Positions 60,577-64,000 of a DNA stretch of 64,000 nucleotides are shown in pieces. The DNA comes from a virus. Lineage: Duplodnaviria; Caudoviricetes. The stretch spans positions 96,001 to 160,000 of the IMG/VR virus record IMGVR_UViG_3300028603_000018; one strand, 5' to 3'. The stretch's first letter is position 1; each line of letters begins with the position of its first letter. A program made the translations under genes and the position numbers. A model generated the notes under the pieces. That model was given only the letters and a program-made list of their open reading frames with translations, was not told where the DNA came from and made no database searches.

Positions 60577-63500
60577 TTAACCGTTAGGACATGTACCCCA
60601 AACAGGTTTAGGTAACACCCAAGCAGGCGTAGTGGATGCAAAGGTAGTAGGTTCGTTAGGAATGAGAGTTACGCACCATCCAGAAAGGTCTGTGTTAAAT
60701 ACTTTAGAGTAACCCCCTCCTAAGAATCCATCCATATTAGTAACTTTACTCACATCCAAATGCTCCATACCTGTACCTACCATGGCTCTAGAATTATGAA
60801 GCATATTCTGCATGGTTATAACATTACCGGTATTCCAGTGAGAAAAATCAAAATTCATATTCCAAGTACTATGAAAGGTATTTTCAAGACTTGTTACATT
60901 ACTTATATTCCAGTTAGCTAAATTGGCGCGTAATTGACGACATTCTTGAAAAGCAGAAATTAGTGTATTGACGTTACTCACATCCCAAAACTGTAACTCT
61001 TCGCCTGTAAGAATAACAGATGAAGATAAAACACCAGCTAAAGAAGTCACACTTCTAGGTAAATAATTAGGAACTTTTGTGAGGATGTTAGAGCCTACTC
61101 TCACACGGTTCCATTTTATAAACCCCCAACTAGTAACTTCTTTCAAACCTATATTAATAAGGTTAGCTCTCCAGCCAGCATTCAAATAGAGGGTAGATGG
61201 CGTAGCAGCTCTATTTATAGCTTTTACAATGAAAAGGGTTCTTTCCGAACCTTCTTCACCAGACATATAAATAGAATCTGTTTGATGAAGAATCCCTTCG
61301 TCTTCCCAAAAATAAATAATATCATTTTGAGAAATTTCTACTACGCTATTATTGCCTGCTAAAGCTTGTGGAGTAACTGTATATTTAAGTTGAGTAGAGA
61401 ATATTTTAAGTACTTCTAAATCATTCTCCTCAATAGCTTTATCAATTATTAACTCAATATCTTTTTCATCGATAAGTTCTAATACAGGTCTCCAACCTAA
61501 AGTATTATTACCTGTTAAACTAACAGAAGCTGAAGAAAGATACGTTACGTCAGTATGACCTCGATGGACTAAATGGTAAATAGACGTTGGTGCGTAGTAA
61601 AACACATCCCTAGTTATCGTACCAGAACCACTTCCTACCCCTAAACCTAGGTCTACTTGCTCATATTGCTCCCAATTCCCACTGGTTTGACTTAACTTAG
61701 GATAGCTAGGATTAGCTTTAGTGATAGGATAGATAAGTCTGTTCCACTCACTATTATACGTCATCACTGGATCATAACCGCCAGAAATAGTAGTATAGTC
61801 GGGAGAAACTCCACCTAAAAGTCGGATTCTATAGAACCTATCTTTTATTTGGATTATTCTTTTACCATTGATTAAATTCAGAGAGTCTAAGTAATTCCTA
61901 CTAACTGAAATACTAATAGGTTTCTTAGTAGTGTAGATTATGTTGCCATCTGAAATGAATTTAAGCCAAGACGTATCTAGATTACTAGGTAATCCTTCTA
62001 CGAACTCTAACTCTTCAATTAAATCTTCAGGTGTGATAAGTAACTCATTCTCTACTTCGCCAAAGAACCCACTAATCATGTCAGCACGCGGACCAACCTC
62101 ATGACCAATTAAAGTAGTAGGACCTACACCTAAATCGCTAGGTAAGTCGAGTTTCTCTAAAGCAGGCCTCCAACCTCGGTTAGATTCACCAGAACTACTC
62201 TTTGTAGCTGTAGGTACAATATAGGTTGTATCGAATCTACCACGTAATACAGCTAATGTGTCATTAGTAAGATTAGTTTCACGACACCATGAATAACTAC
62301 CTGTTCTACCATCTTTAGAATAAGAGAATATGTCTAAATCAGCATCTGGAGTAAAGTTCCTCCAATTCTTACCAATTTGAGATTGCTTAAACCGTTCAGG
62401 TAAAATGGGCGAGCTATCGGCGACGTTATACATCAGCCTATTCCATTCACTATTGTGAGTGCATAAAACATCATAACCTGATTCTTGGACTACCGTGGGA
62501 TCAGGATTACGACCACTTAATAAGCGAGACTTATATTGCTGTTCAGCAACTTCAACAACTCTACCACTACCTGTTAGCCCAGCATTCTCAAGATCAATCC
62601 AAGAAAGATTAGTTCTAAAGTTCTTTTTAGCGACATACATAATCTTGCCATCTAAATAGAACTTTAACCAGTTAGAATCGGTGTTAATAGCAACCCCAGC
62701 AGTTAACCCCATTTGAGTAGCTAGATCAGCACCATCAATGAGGTCAGTAACTTGTACTTCACCAAAGAAACCTGCACCTCTTGTACCTTCTTTATTTAAA
62801 GTGCGATACTTAAGATGCTTATAACCTGGACCAGTGTCCTCAGGTAAAGGAAATGCTTCCCAGTAACTGATTTTCTCTAATACAGGTCTCCAGCCTCTAT
62901 TAGCATTTTTATAGCTAGCAGGTTGAGAAGTTAATCTAGTCGTATTGATATTACCACGACACGCTTTTCGAATCTCACCGTCTAATTCAGTCTGCTCCAT
63001 GCACCAGGTAAAGCGACCAGCTCCGGTCTTAGTACCTAACTCATTTTCCGTATAAGTAACCCAGTTAGGACCATATTGAGAATTCTTAGGATAAGAGGGA
63101 TTAGTTTCTACGACATTATAAATAAGTCTATTCCATTCTGTACCCCAAGTATCTTCACTATCATGACCGCCCTTATACGGAATACCTGAATCTTCATTAT
63201 AACCGTTGATCAACCTAACCCTATAAAAACCTCCATTGATCTCTAAGACCTTATTACCGAATACTGCATCACAAGCATTGATTTCATCCCAGCTTATGTC
63301 TGACATAATAGGTTTTTTAGGTATGAACAGAATTTTACCATCAAGATAGAATTTTAACCAAGGTTCAGTTAAGTTAATAAGATCACCTGTAATCAGACCG
63401 ATTCTGCTAGCTAAAGAAGCGCCGTTAATAAAATCCTCAGGAGCAACTTCACCAAAGAAACCCGCCATTTGAGTAGGTCCAGGACCTTCAGATTCACCTA

Positions 63501-63999
63501 CTAGATATCTAGGACCAGGTCCTGTATCCTCAGGTAAGGGGTTAGTATCCCAATAATCATATTCTTCTAATATAGGTCTCCAGCCTCTATTAGTAAATGA
63601 GAGATCATAGCGTGAGTTATCTATACTAGCCGGCCCTCTATATCCTCTAGCATAAACAAAATACTGATATAAGGTAGGATCAGGTAAAAGGCTATGTGCA
63701 CCTAAGAACTCTTGTACAAAGTTAGCAGTACCCATTAAATCAGGAATATCGATACTACCAGGAGTACCCATACCGAGTTCTCGACTCGTGTAAAGATCTA
63801 AACGAGGTCCTGTATAGGACTTATCATCGACCTCATCACTAATTAATGAATAGAAGATCCTAGACCATTCAGATTCATAAGTACCTGGAATATCTCTACC
63901 TGCACTTAAACCTGTTAAGATACCTGTCTCATTATCATCAGCACCTTGAATCAATCTAACTTTATAAGTCTTACCTTCTAATTCTACTAAGCGTAATTG
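60577..63999 (-). CDS. Large virion-type protein with tandem WRPVLE domains and C-terminal BspA/DUF285-like repeats; 5' end outside the window
   Basis: The frame is open to the window edge (QLRLVELEGKTYKVRLIQG). At least four GPG..GFFGEV...GWRPxLE units, then WDVSNV, WNISNV, WNTGNV and LDVSKV repeats. Confidence 0.8.
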   Translation of the reverse strand, partial: QLRLVELEGKTYKVRLIQGADDNETGILTGLSAGRDIPGTYESEWSRIFYSLISDEVDDKSYTGPRLDLYTSRELGMGTPGSIDIPDLMGTANFVQEFLGAHSLLPDPTLYQYFVYARGYRGPASIDNSRYDLSFTNRGWRPILEEYDYWDTNPLPEDTGPGPRYLVGESEGPGPTQMAGFFGEVAPEDFINGASLASRIGLITGDLINLTEPWLKFYLDGKILFIPKKPIMSDISWDEINACDAVFGNKVLEINGGFYRVRLINGYNEDSGIPYKGGHDSEDTWGTEWNRLIYNVVETNPSYPKNSQYGPNWVTYTENELGTKTGAGRFTWCMEQTELDGEIRKACRGNINTTRLTSQPASYKNANRGWRPVLEKISYWEAFPLPEDTGPGYKHLKYRTLNKEGTRGAGFFGEVQVTDLIDGADLATQMGLTAGVAINTDSNWLKFYLDGKIMYVAKKNFRTNLSWIDLENAGLTGSGRVVEVAEQQYKSRLLSGRNPDPTVVQESGYDVLCTHNSEWNRLMYNVADSSPILPERFKQSQIGKNWRNFTPDADLDIFSYSKDGRTGSYSWCRETNLTNDTLAVLRGRFDTTYIVPTATKSSSGESNRGWRPALEKLDLPSDLGVGPTTLIGHEVGPRADMISGFFGEVENELLITPEDLIEELEFVEGLPSNLDTSWLKFISDGNIIYTTKKPISISVSRNYLDSLNLINGKRIIQIKDRFYRIRLLGGVSPDYTTISGGYDPVMTYNSEWNRLIYPITKANPSYPKLSQTSGNWEQYEQVDLGLGVGSGSGTITRDVFYYAPTSIYHLVHRGHTDVTYLSSASVSLTGNNTLGWRPVLELIDEKDIELIIDKAIEENDLEVLKIFSTQLKYTVTPQALAGNNSVVEISQNDIIYFWEDEGILHQTDSIYMSGEEGSERTLFIVKAINRAATPSTLYLNAGWRANLINIGLKEVTSWGFIKWNRVRVGSNILTKVPNYLPRSVTSLAGVLSSSVILTGEELQFWDVSNVNTLISAFQECRQLRANLANWNISNVTSLENTFHSTWNMNFDFSHWNTGNVITMQNMLHNSRAMVGTGMEHLDVSKVTNMDGFLGGGYSKVFNTDLSGWCVTLIPNEPTTFASTTPAWVLPKPVWGTCPNG

Positions 64000-64000
64000 A

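Overview
This is a 64-kb, AT-rich segment of a phiKZ-related (Chimalliviridae-type) jumbo phage. All product calls come from recognising motifs and gene order, not from database searches. From left to right it carries: the 5' end of a large lytic tail protein; virion RNA polymerase (vRNAP) beta' and beta genes, each split by a group I intron at a conserved active-site motif; a beta' C-terminal subunit; the prohead protease; two repeat-rich tail fibres plus a tip adhesin; RNase H; an AAA+ ATPase; tail tube and sheath; baseplate/virion genes; terminase large subunit; PhuZ tubulin; a B-family DNA polymerase subunit; and a partial multi-repeat protein ending in BspA/DUF285-like repeats. Four things stand out. 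(1) Six dispersed genes share only a short N-terminal tag, MS[KR][ED][LFI]L[IL], fused to unrelated binding-type domains (Kelch, LamG, Gly-rich, WRPVLE). Three of the six are frameshifted, two of them at simple-sequence repeats (C9 and (ATTGACT)3), which suggests a modular, possibly phase-variable adhesin repertoire. (2) The two introns are related, and one holds a decayed antisense GIY-YIG-like remnant in its P1 loop. (3) A family of intergenic hairpins includes near-identical distant copies. (4) A ~0.9-kb structured non-coding locus with GCGAAGC mini-hairpins and CTACT repeats lies upstream of the DNA polymerase and is a candidate replication origin.
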